From contig CAVPLM010000003.1 of assembly GCA_963706025.1 (NCBI GenBank), forward strand, positions 544,001-608,000: DNA of 64,000 nucleotides. Direction: 5' to 3'. Below the pieces are notes generated by a model that was not told the origin of the DNA, ran no database searches, and saw only the letters and a program-made list of their open reading frames with translations. The stretch comes from an uncultured Actinomycetes bacterium. GTDB lineage: Bacteria > Actinomycetota > Thermoleophilia > RBG-16-64-13. Below are positions 48,895-59,821 of this stretch, piece after piece (the stretch's first letter is position 1; every line of letters begins with the position of its first letter). The translations under genes and the position numbers were made by a program.

Positions 48895-50064
48895 TCATAG
48901 CCGATCTGCCGGCAGAGCGGATCGGGGTTTCGCATCGGGCGTCGTGATCTCGTCGCGCAGTTGGAGGACCCGGATGAGGAACTCGTCGCGAAGGGCCTCC
49001 CACTCCGCCAAGCTCCGGCCCTCCGCCTGCTCCTTCGTCTGCACGTGGAGGGCGTTTATCAGCTCGTCGGTCAGCTCCGGGTAGTGGATGTGCGCCCAGT
49101 CGTCGACGTGATCGGGGTTGAACTGGCGGATGGCGTGCTCCATGCCGCCGCGTCCGCCTTGAAGCAGGTAGACCATCGCCGGACCGAAGAGCGCCCATCG
49201 TAGTCCCGGCCCGTCGAAGATCGAGGCGTCGAGCTCAGCCGTGGTGGCGATGCCGTCGTTGACCAAGTGGAACGCCTCCCGGTAGAGCGCCTCTTGCAGA
49301 CGGTTGGCGATGAAGCCCGGCGCCTCTACGCGGCAGTGCAGGGGCTTCTTGCCGAGGGACTCGTAGAAGGTCATGGCGCTCTCGATTACCTGCGCCGACG
49401 TCTGCTCGCCGCCGACCACCTCGACAAGCGGCAGGAGGTGCACCGGGTTGAAAGGATGGCCGACAAGCACTCTCTCCGGATGTGCGCAGACCGACTGCAT
49501 TAGCGTGGGCAGGATCCCGGAGGTGCTGGAGGCAATCACCGCCTGGGGAGGGCAGGCGGCGTCGATTCGCCGCAGCACCTCGAGCTTCAGGGCCTCGATG
49601 TCCGGGACGCTCTCCTGGACCCAGTCTGCGTCGGCCACGGCTGTCTCCAGGTCGGGGGTGAAGACCAGCCCCGGAGGTTGGGCCGACTTCGTACGTCCGA
49701 GCCGCTCCAGCGCCGGCCATGCCGCTGCGATGTCCGCCTGCAGGCGCTCTTCAGCCCCTGGAGCGGGGTCGGTGGCGGTCACTTCGAGGCCGGCAGCCAG
49801 GAACTGCGCCGCCCAACGGGCCCCGATGAGACCAGTGCCGACGCAGGCCACCCGCCGCACGCCGGCTACCGGCCGCCCGCCGGCCGTCTGCCGCCCGTCG
49901 GCCACCTGCCGTTCGCCGGCCGCCCGCGATGCGTCGGCCGCCCGCGGTGTGCCGGGTACCTGCCCTACGCCGGCCACCTGCGATGCGTCGGCCGCTCGCG
50001 GTGTGCCGGGTACCTGCCGCACGCCGGCCGTCTGCCCCTCCTCCCGCCGATGTGAAGTACCCAT
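48895..50064 (-). CDS. lcdH: L-carnitine dehydrogenase-like 3-hydroxyacyl dehydrogenase with repetitive N-terminal extension
   Basis: GTGLIGARWAAQFL, QESVP, SSTSG, GHPFNPVHLLPLVE, GFIANRLQEALYREA and GPGLRWA; next to a BKACE gene. Confidence 0.78.
   Translation of the reverse strand: MGTSHRREEGQTAGVRQVPGTPRAADASQVAGVGQVPGTPRAADASRAAGERQVADGRQTAGGRPVAGVRRVACVGTGLIGARWAAQFLAAGLEVTATDPAPGAEERLQADIAAAWPALERLGRTKSAQPPGLVFTPDLETAVADADWVQESVPDIEALKLEVLRRIDAACPPQAVIASSTSGILPTLMQSVCAHPERVLVGHPFNPVHLLPLVEVVGGEQTSAQVIESAMTFYESLGKKPLHCRVEAPGFIANRLQEALYREAFHLVNDGIATTAELDASIFDGPGLRWALFGPAMVYLLQGGRGGMEHAIRQFNPDHVDDWAHIHYPELTDELINALHVQTKEQAEGRSLAEWEALRDEFLIRVLQLRDEITTPDAKPRSALPADRL
49860..50035. repeat. In-frame tandem repeats: two 54-bp copies plus degenerate 18-bp units
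   Basis: CGATGCGTCGGCCGC.CGCGGTGTGCCGGGTACCTGCC at ~49927 and 49981; protein QVPGTPRAADAS twice and RQVAD/RQTAG/RPVAG units. Confidence 0.8.
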
Positions 50065-50277
50065 CTTATCCCCCCGTCCAACAACTCGTTTCAAAATGAA
50101 GCCGCGGCCGCCTAGTGCACCCTGGACGGCACGACTGTACGTCCTCGGTCGCGCAAATAGCGCTGCTATTCACGCTCCCTGCGTTCTTCTCTCGCGCTCG
50201 CCCAGGGCGTCCCTGACGGCGGAGCTTCATTCTGAAACGAGTTCCAAGGCCCGCTCACGCGCAGCCTTTCCCCCGTC

Positions 50278-52568
50278 TCACCCAAGGATCATCCTGGCAT
50301 CGAGGGCAACAGCCCCCGACGGTGTCACCAGCAAGGGGTTCATCTCCACCTCAGCCACCTCCGGATGAGCTGCGGCGAAGCGCGACAGGGCTGCGGTCGC
50401 CCGCGCCGCAGCCGCCAGATCCATCGGCGGCCGGCCGCGGGCGCCGAGCAGGAGAGGAGCGCCGCGCAGCGCGCGCAGAAGCCTCATCCCTTGCTCCTCA
50501 TCCACCGGCGCCAGGGCTGTGCGGACGTCGGTGAGTAGCTCGGCGTACACACCCCCGATGCCGACCAGCAGGATCGGACCAAAGCGGGTATCGCGTTTGC
50601 AGCCCACTATGAGCTCCACACCCTCGTGCACGGGCGCCATCAGCTCTACGGTGACCGCCGTGACGGCCAGGTGGCCGATCATTCGCGACACCGCCTGAGT
50701 GACCGCGGGTTCGCTTTCCAGGCCGAGAGCGACCCCGCCTTGGTCGGACTTATGGACAAGGCCCATCGCCTTCACGGCGACCGGGAACCCAAGGGCGCGA
50801 GCAGCCTCCGCGGCAGCTGCGGGAAGAGCGTCGGGCTCGGCAGACCGCACAAGCTGCGCGGGCGCGAACTCGATCCCTTCTGCCTCCAGTGCTCCCCGCG
50901 CCGTCCAGTAGTCGAGCGCCTCACCCCGGCCCGACCGCGCATCGGGGGCAGGTGCGACGTCCCGAAGAGCCGTCGCGTCGCCAAGAGCCGTCGCGTCGGG
51001 AAGAGGCGGGGCGTCGCGGAGAGGCGCGGCCCGAGGTGGGATATCCGGCACGCCCCAGGCTTCGTGACCTGCGTGATCGGCCAATCGGGCAAGCACTGTC
51101 GTCGCCGACGCCATCTCCCGGTACACGGGCACACCCTCGGCCAAGAGCGCCTGTGCCGGTGCGGCATCCGGGTAGACCGTGGCGACGAGCAAGGGGATCT
51201 GCGCGTGCCGTGCCGCCTGAGCCATGAGTCGCGCGCTCTCGATCTCGGCCGATACCAGGGCTTCGAACTCGGGGAATCGTGCAGCCCAGTAGCCGAGCTG
51301 GCCGACGGCAAGGACCGCGTCGACCTCACCCGACTCGGCGACCACCGGAACGACACGCGCGTATGCATCCGGATCCGTCGTACCGATGGCGAAATCGATG
51401 GGATTCACGCCCACACTGGCCGGGTGCGCCATGCGCACCCGTTCCCGGGTCGCGGCCGACAAGGGTGGGACCTCAAGACCGGCGGCGCCGGCACAGTCTG
51501 CCGCGCAGGCCCCATGTCCACCGCCCTCGGTCACGATGCCCACCCGCCGGCCCGCCGGCAGCCTGCCGCCGGGCTTCAGTCTCGTGGTGTGAAGGAAACC
51601 CAGTGTCGTCTCGAACAGCTGCGCCGGGTCGTCGACGCGGACCGCCCCGGTGGCTCTGCAGACTGCGTCGAGGACCGCCGAGTCAGGTGCCAAGGAACCG
51701 GTGTGAGAGCGGGCCGCGCGCGCGCTGGCTTCGCTGCGCCCCGGCGCAAGGAGAAGCACCGGCTTGCCGGCGGCGACCACGTCGGCGGCAGCGCGGGCGA
51801 AATCACGACCATCCTTGAGCTCCTCCACATAGACGACCACGACTTTGGTCGGCTCGTGGTCGCGATAGCTCCAAAGGACTTGCGCTATGGTCACGTCCGC
51901 CTGGTTGCCCAAGGTGACGTATCGGGAGAAGCCGATGCCGGCTGCGCGCGCCCGCATGGTGAACTCCTCTCCCATGGCCCCGCTCTGAGAGATGAAGCCG
52001 ACCTGGCCGGCCGGGATGTCGAGGTAGGCTACCCCTTGAAAGGCGACGCTCGTGTCGGCTACCCCCATGCAGTTGGGACCGATCATGAGGGCTCCACGCC
52101 CGTGGATCTGCTTCACCGCCGCAGCTTCGCGCGCCTTGCCCTCCTCGTTCGCCTCGCCCAGGCCTGCGAAGATGGCGACCAGGGCTTTGGCGCCGAGGGC
52201 AAGCGCCTCGTCCAGCGTCGCCTCGAATGCCTTTGCGGGAATGGCGAGCATCACCATCTCAGGCTCTTCCGGCAGCTCGGACAGAGACACGTAGGCGCGA
52301 CGGCCCTGGATCGTGCCGCCTTTAGAGTTCACGAAATAGACCGGCCGCCGTTTCTCGTTACGGACAAGCCGCGCGGCGATGTCACCGCCCCACTTGGAGG
52401 CATCGGCCGACGCACCCACCACGGCCAGAGAGCGAGGGTCGAAGAGCGCGGTCAGGTCCCGCGGGATGAGGCGGGTGTCCCCGGGGGTCGTCCCCGAGGT
52501 GTGTCGGCATGGCCGGCGACCGGCCCCTCGGTCGTCGAGTCATCTCGCTCAGCCCGTTCGGAGATCAC
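50278..52568 (-). CDS. NDP-forming acyl-CoA synthetase, fused alpha/beta (probable frameshift near 52500)
   Basis: [32 protein letters not shown], phospho-His SHTGSL, ATP-grasp HKSDQGGV and EMNPL..ALDAR; a GTG start overlaps the BKACE stop. Confidence 0.88.
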
Positions 52569-53431
52569 CCCAGCTTCAGCCTTTCGCGAGCCTCGTCCGC
52601 CGAGACCGCACGAGCTCCCAGACTCTCGATGATGCCGACCGCCCGCTCCACCAGCTCCCCATTGCTCGCCGGGACACCCTTTGCCACATAGAGGTTGTCC
52701 TCGAGGCCGACGCGCACGTTGCCCCCGAGCAGGATCGCTTGGGCGACCATCGGCATCTGCATGCGCCCGACACCGAAGCCGGACCACAACGAGCCCCTGG
52801 GGAGCTCGTCGGCAAGGGCTTTCATCGTGCTGGTAGAAGCCGGAGTCGACCAGGGTATGCCCAGACACAGCTGGAACCAGGGCGGATCGTCGATCAGCCC
52901 TTCCACGATGAGCTGCTTCGCGATGGTGAGGCCTCCAAAATCGAAGACCTCGATCTCCGGTTTGACTCCCAGCTCTTGAATGCGTCGCGCCATCTTACGG
53001 ACCATCTCGGTGGTGTAGATCTGAACGAGCTGTTCGGAGAAGGCGACCGCCCCGCAGTCAAGAGAGCATATCTCCGGGCGTAGCTCTTCAACATGGGTTA
53101 TCCGCTCGAGGGCGGGGACGAAGTCGGTCCCGGCGCCGAACCGAGAAAGATCCGCGTCGTCAAAGACGACATCTCCGCCCATGCCGGTCGTGAGGTTGAT
53201 AACCATATCAACGCTACTCGACCGGATGAGTTCGACCGTTTCCCGGTAGTACGCTACTTCGCGCGAGGGTGCTCCGGTGATAGGGTCCCTGACATGGAGA
53301 TGGACGATCGCCGCGCCCGCCTCCGCAGCCTCGATCGCCGCGTCTGCTATCTCTCGGGGCGTCTTCGGTCGATGCAGGGCTGGTTCACCGGCACCCGTTA
53401 CTGCGCAAGAAACGATGACTTCGCGATTCAA
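52565..53431 (-). CDS. Beta-keto acid cleavage enzyme (BKACE/DUF849; 3-dehydrocarnitine cleavage-like)
   Basis: [35 protein letters not shown] and [11 protein letters not shown]. Confidence 0.9.
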   Translation of the reverse strand: MNREVIVSCAVTGAGEPALHRPKTPREIADAAIEAAEAGAAIVHLHVRDPITGAPSREVAYYRETVELIRSSSVDMVINLTTGMGGDVVFDDADLSRFGAGTDFVPALERITHVEELRPEICSLDCGAVAFSEQLVQIYTTEMVRKMARRIQELGVKPEIEVFDFGGLTIAKQLIVEGLIDDPPWFQLCLGIPWSTPASTSTMKALADELPRGSLWSGFGVGRMQMPMVAQAILLGGNVRVGLEDNLYVAKGVPASNGELVERAVGIIESLGARAVSADEARERLKLG

Positions 53432-53637
53432 TGCGCCGCCTCCTTTCCTCAACGCACCTAGCCGATCCCCGGTGAGCTGAGATTACTACACTCACCCAAG
53501 GCCTGCTCTGGGCCGGGCTCCCTGGCCCACGCTCTCGGGCAGCCCCTCCAGCGTCACCCCCGCATCCGACAGCAGGATGAAGATCACCCCGCAGTCCGCG
53601 TACAGAAAGAGGCGCCGATCATCCGGGTCGACCTCGC

Positions 53638-54045
53638 TCAGGACTTAGCCTTCACCGCCAGAACGGGGCAGTTCGCGTTGAGCAAGATCTCTTGGGCGTT
53701 GCTGCCTACGAGCAGCTTGCCGGTACGCGATCGGCGACGAAGGCCGATCACGATCATGTCCGCCCCTTCCTCGGAAACGACCTGGATGAGATCCTCAGCA
53801 GGAGACAGCCCGCGGATCAAACGGCGGATGACATGGGGAATGCCCGCTTCGGTGAGCCGCTGCTCGATCTTGTCCAGCTCCTTCCGATGAGCCAGTATCT
53901 CTTCTTCCTCGGCCTCCATGCTGCGGCCACCCTTGATCGAGTGGACCACGACTATCTCTGTGTCGTGCCGCTTGGCTTCCTCGACGGCCCACTCCAGCGC
54001 TGCCCTGCCCTCGTCTGTCATGACGTAACCGACTACGATCTTCAT
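53638..54045 (-). CDS. Universal stress protein
   Basis: MKIVVGY, IVIGLRRRSRTGKLLVGS and CPVLAVK. Confidence 0.92.
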   Translation of the reverse strand: MKIVVGYVMTDEGRAALEWAVEEAKRHDTEIVVVHSIKGGRSMEAEEEEILAHRKELDKIEQRLTEAGIPHVIRRLIRGLSPAEDLIQVVSEEGADMIVIGLRRRSRTGKLLVGSNAQEILLNANCPVLAVKAKS

Positions 54046-54254
54046 CCCTGCACCTCGCTCGTTGATCGACGGATTCGACGCTAGCATCTCACGATGGGCC
54101 GGGCAATAGGTTCCTTCTCGGCCGATCCCGGCGTCCGCGCATCTCTGCGGGGATCAAAGCTGCGGCTACGATCCCCGACCACGCTTTCTGTGTGCACGAA
54201 AACAGTGTACACTTGACAGGACCAGGCTTGCGACAGACAGGCAGGTGATCGCCC

Positions 54255-54475
54255 GTGCTGAAGAACATCACCCTGAGCGCCGACGAGCGACTCATCGCCC
54301 TCGCCCGAGAGGAGGCTGAACGGCGCGGCACCACCCTTAACGCTGAGTTTCGCTGTGGTTGGCGGCTTTTGTGGAGCAGGAGCGAGCGGCCTCCGGCTAC
54401 CAGGAACTGATGGCACGTCTGGGATATGCTCGCCCGGGGCGTCGCTTCACTCGGGAGGAACTAAATGAGCGCTAG
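54255..54475 (+). CDS. RHH-type antitoxin (frameshift near 54355)
   Basis: MLKNITLSADERLIALAREEAERRGTTLNAEFR / WLAAF...RFTREELNER*; overlaps the toxin start. Confidence 0.7.
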
Positions 54476-54899
54476 TGCTGCCAGGTTCTTCCTCGACACC
54501 AACATCTTCGTCTACACGTTCGAGGAGACATCGTCGATCCGGAGGGCGAAAGCCCGCGAATTGGTCGAGATGGCTTTGACTACGGGCCTGGGGGTGGTGA
54601 GCCATCAGGTGGTCCAGGAGTTCCTGAACGTAGCTACAAGCAAGTTCGCCGTGCCTCTGAGCCCCGCCGAGTGTCGCACTTATCTGGAGCAGGTTCTCAC
54701 TCCCTTGTGGCGGGTATGGCCCAACGCGGCCCTCTGTCTTCGCGCGTTGGAGGTACGGGAGCGCTCCGGATACGGTTTCTATGACAGCCTGATCGTAGCT
54801 GCCGCTCTGGCCGCCGGCTGCCGCACCCTCTACACCCAGGATCTGCAGCATGGAAGGCGCTTCGACTCACTGACGGTGGTCGATCCTTTTGCCGGATAG
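54465..54899 (+). CDS. PIN-domain (VapC-like) toxin
   Basis: FLDTNIFVY, QVVQEF, FYDSLIVAAA and LYTQDLQHG. Confidence 0.92.
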   Translation: MSASAARFFLDTNIFVYTFEETSSIRRAKARELVEMALTTGLGVVSHQVVQEFLNVATSKFAVPLSPAECRTYLEQVLTPLWRVWPNAALCLRALEVRERSGYGFYDSLIVAAALAAGCRTLYTQDLQHGRRFDSLTVVDPFAG

Positions 54900-55044
54900 G
54901 CTGGGGCGAGCGAATCACGCCCCGGGGCTCTCTGGTGTGAGGCAGCACCCGCCTTGTCTACTCGCATGGCTCGTCACGCCGCGAAATCTCGGCCGGCGTT
55001 CTCGGTATAATGAAGGGTCCGATTAAGAGAACAACTCGCGCATC

Positions 55045-55061
55045 TTTGCAGCTTTCTTACT
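55045..55061 (+). promoter_or_regulatory. Putative KdpE-binding site
   Basis: TTTGCAGCTTTCTTACT resembles the T-rich TTTATA..TTTACA KdpE box and lies upstream of the kdp operon. Confidence 0.4.
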
Positions 55062-55141
55062 GAGTACGATTCCCTCCCGACGCCTTTTCAACGTCCCTAG
55101 TGCTTACCTAGAGAGTGAAACGAGTTGAGGGGGATGGCCGG

Positions 55142-55222
55142 GTGGATGCCATCGTTATGATCGTCACAGTCACCTTCTTCGCCCTGTCTTGGGGACTTGC
55201 ACTGACCCTTCAGCGCCTGTAG
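55142..55222 (+). CDS. 26-aa hydrophobic kdp-associated peptide
   Basis: RBS GAGGGGG and GTG start; MDAIVMIVTVTFFALSWGLALTLQRL*. Confidence 0.6.
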   Translation: MDAIVMIVTVTFFALSWGLALTLQRL

Positions 55223-55266
55223 GTGGCCTCCGGCGATCGTCTTGGGAAGAGAGTTCGAGGAATAGC

Positions 55267-55350
55267 ATGCTCATTGTGAGCGCCATCGTGGCAGCGATCT
55301 TGTTTGGATACCTGGTCTATGCCCTGATACGGCCGGAGAAGTTGGGATGA
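55267..55350 (+). CDS. kdpF: K+-transporting ATPase subunit F
   Basis: MLIVSAIVAAILFGYLVYALIRPEKLG* with the YLVYAL.RPE signature; ATGA overlap with kdpA. Confidence 0.88.
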   Translation: MLIVSAIVAAILFGYLVYALIRPEKLG

Positions 55351-57104
55351 GCGGTCAGGGCTGGTTACAGATCGTCCTGTTCCTGGGCGTGGTCCTGCTG
55401 CTGGTACGACCTCTTGGCGCCTACATGGCCAGGGTCTTCGAAGGTAGGTCGATCTTCGGAATGGACCGTGCGCTGCACCCGGTGGAGAAGCTCATCTACA
55501 GGGTCGGCGGCATAGATCCGAAGAGCGAGATGAGCTGGAAGAGATACGCTGCGAGCGTCCTCGTTTTCAGTTTGGTGGGTTTTATCCTCCTCTACCTATT
55601 GCAACGCGTACAAGGGTGGTTACCCGGCGGCCCTGAGGGGCTGGAGAACATCAAGCCGGGCCTGGCCTTCAACACCGCGATCAGCTTCGTCACCAACACC
55701 AACTGGCAGGCCTACGGTGGCGAGACCACCATGAAGTATTTCACCCAGATGGCGGGTCTGACGGTGCAGAACTTCGTTTCCGCGGGCACCGGGATAGCCG
55801 TGGTGATCGCGTTCATCCGCGGCTTTTCTCGCCGCACGACCGACCGGTTGGGAAACTTCTGGGTGGATCTGACCCGAGCCACTCTCTATGTGTTGCTGCC
55901 CCTCTCCTTCGTCCTCGCCATCGTGTTGGTGTCGCAAGGAGTCGTCCAGACGCTCGGCACGTCACAAGAGGTACAACTGGTGCAGCCGTACGTCACCGCG
56001 GACGGTCAGGCGGTCACCTCTCAGACGATCGCGGTCGGTCCTGCGGCCTCGCAGATCGCCATCAAGCAACTGGGAACGAATGGAGGGGGCTTCTTCAACA
56101 CAAACTCGGCGCATCCGTTTGAGAACCCCACGCCGCTCACCAACTTCTTGGAGCTGGTGTCGATAATCCTCATCCCCGCGGCGCTCTGTTATACGTTCGG
56201 ACGCATGGTGGGCAACACCAGACAGGGCTGGGTTGTTTTGGCCGCCATGATGATCATCCTGCTGGGGATGATCAGCGCCGCCTACTACTTCGAGCAACAG
56301 GGCGTGCCCCAGGTGGCGCAGCTGGGAACGGACCTCAATGCCGCCGGCGGAACCACGACCGCTCAGCCTGGAGGCAACATGGAGGGCAAGGAGGTGCGTT
56401 TCGGTATCGCCAACTCGGCGGCTTGGGCCGGCGCGACCACAGGCGCCTCGAACGGGTCGGTAAACAGCATGCACGACTCGTTCACACCCTTGGGAGGGCT
56501 CGTGCCCCTGGTCTTGATCCAGTTGGGTGAGGTGGTGTTTGGTGGGGTAGGCTCCGGGCTGTATGGGATGCTGGTCTTTGCCATCTTGGCGGTCTTCATA
56601 GCCGGTCTCATGGTGGGTCGCACGCCCGAGTACCTGGGCAAGAAGATCGAGACGTACGAGATGAAGATGGCCTCCCTGATCATTCTCATCCCGGTCATCG
56701 CCATCCTGGTGGGCACCATGATCGGCGTGGCGACCGACGCGGGACGATCCAGCATAGCCAACCCCGGCGCTCACGGCCTGAGTGAAGTCCTCTACGCGTT
56801 CACGTCGGCGGTGGGCAACAACGGCAGTGCTTTTGCGGGCCTTTCCGCCAATACCACCTTCTACAACATCGCCCTGGGGATCTGCATGCTGATCGGGCGT
56901 TTCTGGATCCTCATCCCCACTTTGGCCTTGGCCGGATCGCTGGCCAAGAAGAAGCACGTTCCTGCCGGCGCGGGGACACTGCGGACGGACGGCCCCGTGT
57001 TCATCGGCCTCCTCATCGCGGTGGTGGTCGTGGTCGGAGCGCTGAGCTTCCTGCCGGCTCTGGCTCTGGGACCGATCGTGGAACACCTGATCATGGTCCG
57101 TTGA
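55347..57104 (+). CDS. kdpA: K+-transporting ATPase subunit A
   Basis: SFVTNTNWQAY, KQLGTNGGG, SNGSVN and NNGSAF selectivity loops. Confidence 0.97.
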   Translation: MSGQGWLQIVLFLGVVLLLVRPLGAYMARVFEGRSIFGMDRALHPVEKLIYRVGGIDPKSEMSWKRYAASVLVFSLVGFILLYLLQRVQGWLPGGPEGLENIKPGLAFNTAISFVTNTNWQAYGGETTMKYFTQMAGLTVQNFVSAGTGIAVVIAFIRGFSRRTTDRLGNFWVDLTRATLYVLLPLSFVLAIVLVSQGVVQTLGTSQEVQLVQPYVTADGQAVTSQTIAVGPAASQIAIKQLGTNGGGFFNTNSAHPFENPTPLTNFLELVSIILIPAALCYTFGRMVGNTRQGWVVLAAMMIILLGMISAAYYFEQQGVPQVAQLGTDLNAAGGTTTAQPGGNMEGKEVRFGIANSAAWAGATTGASNGSVNSMHDSFTPLGGLVPLVLIQLGEVVFGGVGSGLYGMLVFAILAVFIAGLMVGRTPEYLGKKIETYEMKMASLIILIPVIAILVGTMIGVATDAGRSSIANPGAHGLSEVLYAFTSAVGNNGSAFAGLSANTTFYNIALGICMLIGRFWILIPTLALAGSLAKKKHVPAGAGTLRTDGPVFIGLLIAVVVVVGALSFLPALALGPIVEHLIMVR

Positions 57105-57119
57105 GAGAGAGGGCACCTC

Positions 57120-59225
57120 ATGACTGCGAACACCCGCGATCTCCAGCAGACCCCCAGGCTTTCCCAGCCGGAGAAGCACTCGTTCGATTGGCGCCTGACG
57201 GGAGCTGCCACAGTTGACGCGCTTAGGAAGCTCAACCCCCAGATGCAGCTACGTAACCCGGTTATGTTTGTGGTGTGGGTCGGGGCTTTGCTGACTTTCG
57301 TATTGTTCATCGAGGCCGCGGCCGGCTCTGGGGAGGCTTCTCCCGGCTTCATCCTGGTTATCTCCCTGCTCTTGTGGTTCACGGTCATCTTCGCCAACTT
57401 CGCCGAGGCGCTCGCGGAAGGCCGCGGCAAGGCCCAGGCCGACAGTCTGCGAAGGGCGCGCAAGGATGTTGTCGCCACCAGGCTGACAGACGCCCGCCGC
57501 GACGCACGCGGCGAGCCGGTCTCCTCGTCGGTGCTCACGCGGGGGGATCTGGTGCTTGTCCAGGCGGGGGAGTTCATACCGGCCGACGGCGAGGTGGTCG
57601 TGGGCGCGGCATCGGTGGATGAGAGTGCCATCACCGGGGAGAGCGCGCCCGTGATCCGCGAGAGCGGAGGCGACCGCAGTGCCGTCACCGGGGGGACCAG
57701 AGTCCTATCCGACTGGCTGATAGTGCGCGTGACCGCGCAACCGGGAGAGACGTTCCTCGATCGGATGATCGCCATGGTGGAAGGCGCCAAGAGGCAGAAG
57801 ACCCCCAACGAGATCGCTCTCAACATCCTGCTGGCGGCGCTCACCATCATCTTCCTGGTCGTGGTGGTCTCGCTGCAGCCGATGTCCCAGTACAGCGTGG
57901 ACGCTGCGGGAGAGGGAGAAGTGGTGTCGATCACCATCCTTGTGGCTCTGCTGGTGTGCCTGGCCCCCACGACCATTGGAGCTTTGCTGTCCGCGATCGG
58001 TATCGCCGGCATGAACCGGCTGAGCAGGGCGAATGTGGTGGCTATGTCCGGCCGGGCGGTAGAGGCCGCCGGCGACGTAGACGTGTTGCTCCTCGACAAG
58101 ACCGGCACCATCACTCTTGGCAACCGTCAGGCAACGGAGTTCGTGCCGGCGCCTGGAGTCGACATCAGCGAACTCGCGGATGCCGCCCAATTGGCCTCCT
58201 TGGCCGACGAGACACCCGAGGGTCGTAGCATCGTGGTCTTGGCCAAGAGCCAATACGGTCTTCGCGGGCGCGAACTCGGCGGCCTTGGCGCTACGTTTGT
58301 GCCGTTCACGGCCCAGACCCGCATGAGCGGAGTCGATCTGGACGGCCGGCGCATCCGAAAGGGCGCGGCGGACGCCGTGGAAGACTACGTGAGAGGCCAG
58401 GGCGGTTCTATTCCCGGCCCAGTAGTCGACGAGGTGGATGCCATCGCCCGGCAGGGAGGCACCCCGCTCGTGGTGGCCGACGGAGCGCAGATCCTGGGAG
58501 TCATCCAACTCAAGGATATCGTCAAAGGTGGGATCCGTGAGCGTTTTCACGATCTGCGACGCATGGGCATAAAGACGGTCATGATCACCGGCGATAACCC
58601 AGTTACCGCGGCATCGATCGCCGCTGAAGCAGGTGTGGATGACTTCCTGGCCGAGGCGACTCCGGAGGCCAAACTCGCGCTCATCCGGCAGTATCAGGCG
58701 GACGGGCATCTGGTGGCCATGACTGGGGACGGCACCAACGACGCGCCGGCCCTGGCTCAGGCCGACGTCGCCGTGGCCATGAACACCGGTACGCAAGCGG
58801 CCAAAGAAGCCGGCAACATGGTCGACCTGGATTCTAATCCCACGAAGCTGCTCGAGATCGTCCACATCGGCAAGCAGACACTCATGACCAGAGGTTCACT
58901 AACCACCTTCAGCATCGCCAACGACATCGCCAAGTATTTCGCCATAATCCCGGCAGCCTTCGCCGCTACCTATCCCCAACTGAATGCCCTCAACGTGATG
59001 CGACTCACTACTCCCCAGAGCGCGGTGCTCTCGGCGGTTATCTTCAACGCCATCGTCATTGTCTTTCTCATCCCTCTGGCCCTGCGAGGGGTCAAGTACA
59101 CTCCTCGCCCCGCCACCCAGCTGCTACGCAACAACCTGCTCATATACGGGCTGGGCGGACTTGTAGTGCCGTTCGCCGGTATCAAGATCATCGACCTCCT
59201 GCTGCATGCACTCGGCCTCGTGTGA
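57120..59225 (+). CDS. kdpB: K+-transporting P-type ATPase subunit B
   Basis: TGES, PTTIG, DKTGT, KGA and [10 protein letters not shown]. Confidence 0.97.
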   Translation: MTANTRDLQQTPRLSQPEKHSFDWRLTGAATVDALRKLNPQMQLRNPVMFVVWVGALLTFVLFIEAAAGSGEASPGFILVISLLLWFTVIFANFAEALAEGRGKAQADSLRRARKDVVATRLTDARRDARGEPVSSSVLTRGDLVLVQAGEFIPADGEVVVGAASVDESAITGESAPVIRESGGDRSAVTGGTRVLSDWLIVRVTAQPGETFLDRMIAMVEGAKRQKTPNEIALNILLAALTIIFLVVVVSLQPMSQYSVDAAGEGEVVSITILVALLVCLAPTTIGALLSAIGIAGMNRLSRANVVAMSGRAVEAAGDVDVLLLDKTGTITLGNRQATEFVPAPGVDISELADAAQLASLADETPEGRSIVVLAKSQYGLRGRELGGLGATFVPFTAQTRMSGVDLDGRRIRKGAADAVEDYVRGQGGSIPGPVVDEVDAIARQGGTPLVVADGAQILGVIQLKDIVKGGIRERFHDLRRMGIKTVMITGDNPVTAASIAAEAGVDDFLAEATPEAKLALIRQYQADGHLVAMTGDGTNDAPALAQADVAVAMNTGTQAAKEAGNMVDLDSNPTKLLEIVHIGKQTLMTRGSLTTFSIANDIAKYFAIIPAAFAATYPQLNALNVMRLTTPQSAVLSAVIFNAIVIVFLIPLALRGVKYTPRPATQLLRNNLLIYGLGGLVVPFAGIKIIDLLLHALGLV

Positions 59226-59236
59226 GGGGATGTACT

Positions 59237-59815
59237 ATGCTCAAGATGCTCAGACAAAGCGTGGTGGCCCTGGTGGTGTTGGGGGTTATCGTGGGAGTGG
59301 TATATCCACTGGCGGTCACCGGGGTATCGCAGGCGTTCTTCTCCCACAAGGCCGGGGGCAGCATGATCGTCCAGGACGCCAAGATCGTCGGCTCGGAGCT
59401 GATCGGCCAGCCGTTCAGCGACCCCGGGTACTTCTGGTCTCGCCCCTCGGCGACGGCGCCGATCCCCTACAATGCAGCCGCGTCTTCGGGCTCCAACCTG
59501 GGTCCCACCAATCCCGCGCTTCTGAAGGCCGTGGAAGAACGCATCCAGGTTCTCCGCGCCACGGATCCCGGCAGCATCGAGCCGGTGCCGGTCGATCTGA
59601 TCACGTCTTCGGGCAGTGGCCTCGATCCTCACATCAGTCCCGCGGCGACCGAGTATCAGGTGGAGCGCGTGGCCAGGGCGAGAGGGATGACGGCGGAGGC
59701 GGTCCGCGCTCTCGTGGCGGAGCACACGAAAGGCCGGCTATGGGGCGTCTTCGGCGAGCCCCGGGTGAGTGTGTTGGCGCTGAACCTGGCGCTCGACGAA
59801 CTATCAGAGCGGTGA
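59237..59815 (+). CDS. kdpC: K+-transporting ATPase subunit C
   Basis: GSELIGQ, YFWSRPS, SSGSNLG and SGSGLDPHIS. Confidence 0.96.
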   Translation: MLKMLRQSVVALVVLGVIVGVVYPLAVTGVSQAFFSHKAGGSMIVQDAKIVGSELIGQPFSDPGYFWSRPSATAPIPYNAAASSGSNLGPTNPALLKAVEERIQVLRATDPGSIEPVPVDLITSSGSGLDPHISPAATEYQVERVARARGMTAEAVRALVAEHTKGRLWGVFGEPRVSVLALNLALDELSER

Positions 59816-59821
59816 GTCGAC

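Noticed and set aside
49860-50035. Repeats considered as a possible CRISPR array
   Set aside because: Tandem, codon-phased, no unique spacers and no cas genes in the window.
53470-53637. Open minus-strand stretch EVDPDDRRLFLYADCGVIFILL... between usp and BKACE
   Set aside because: No start codon and no recognisable family; possibly a gene remnant but unsupported.
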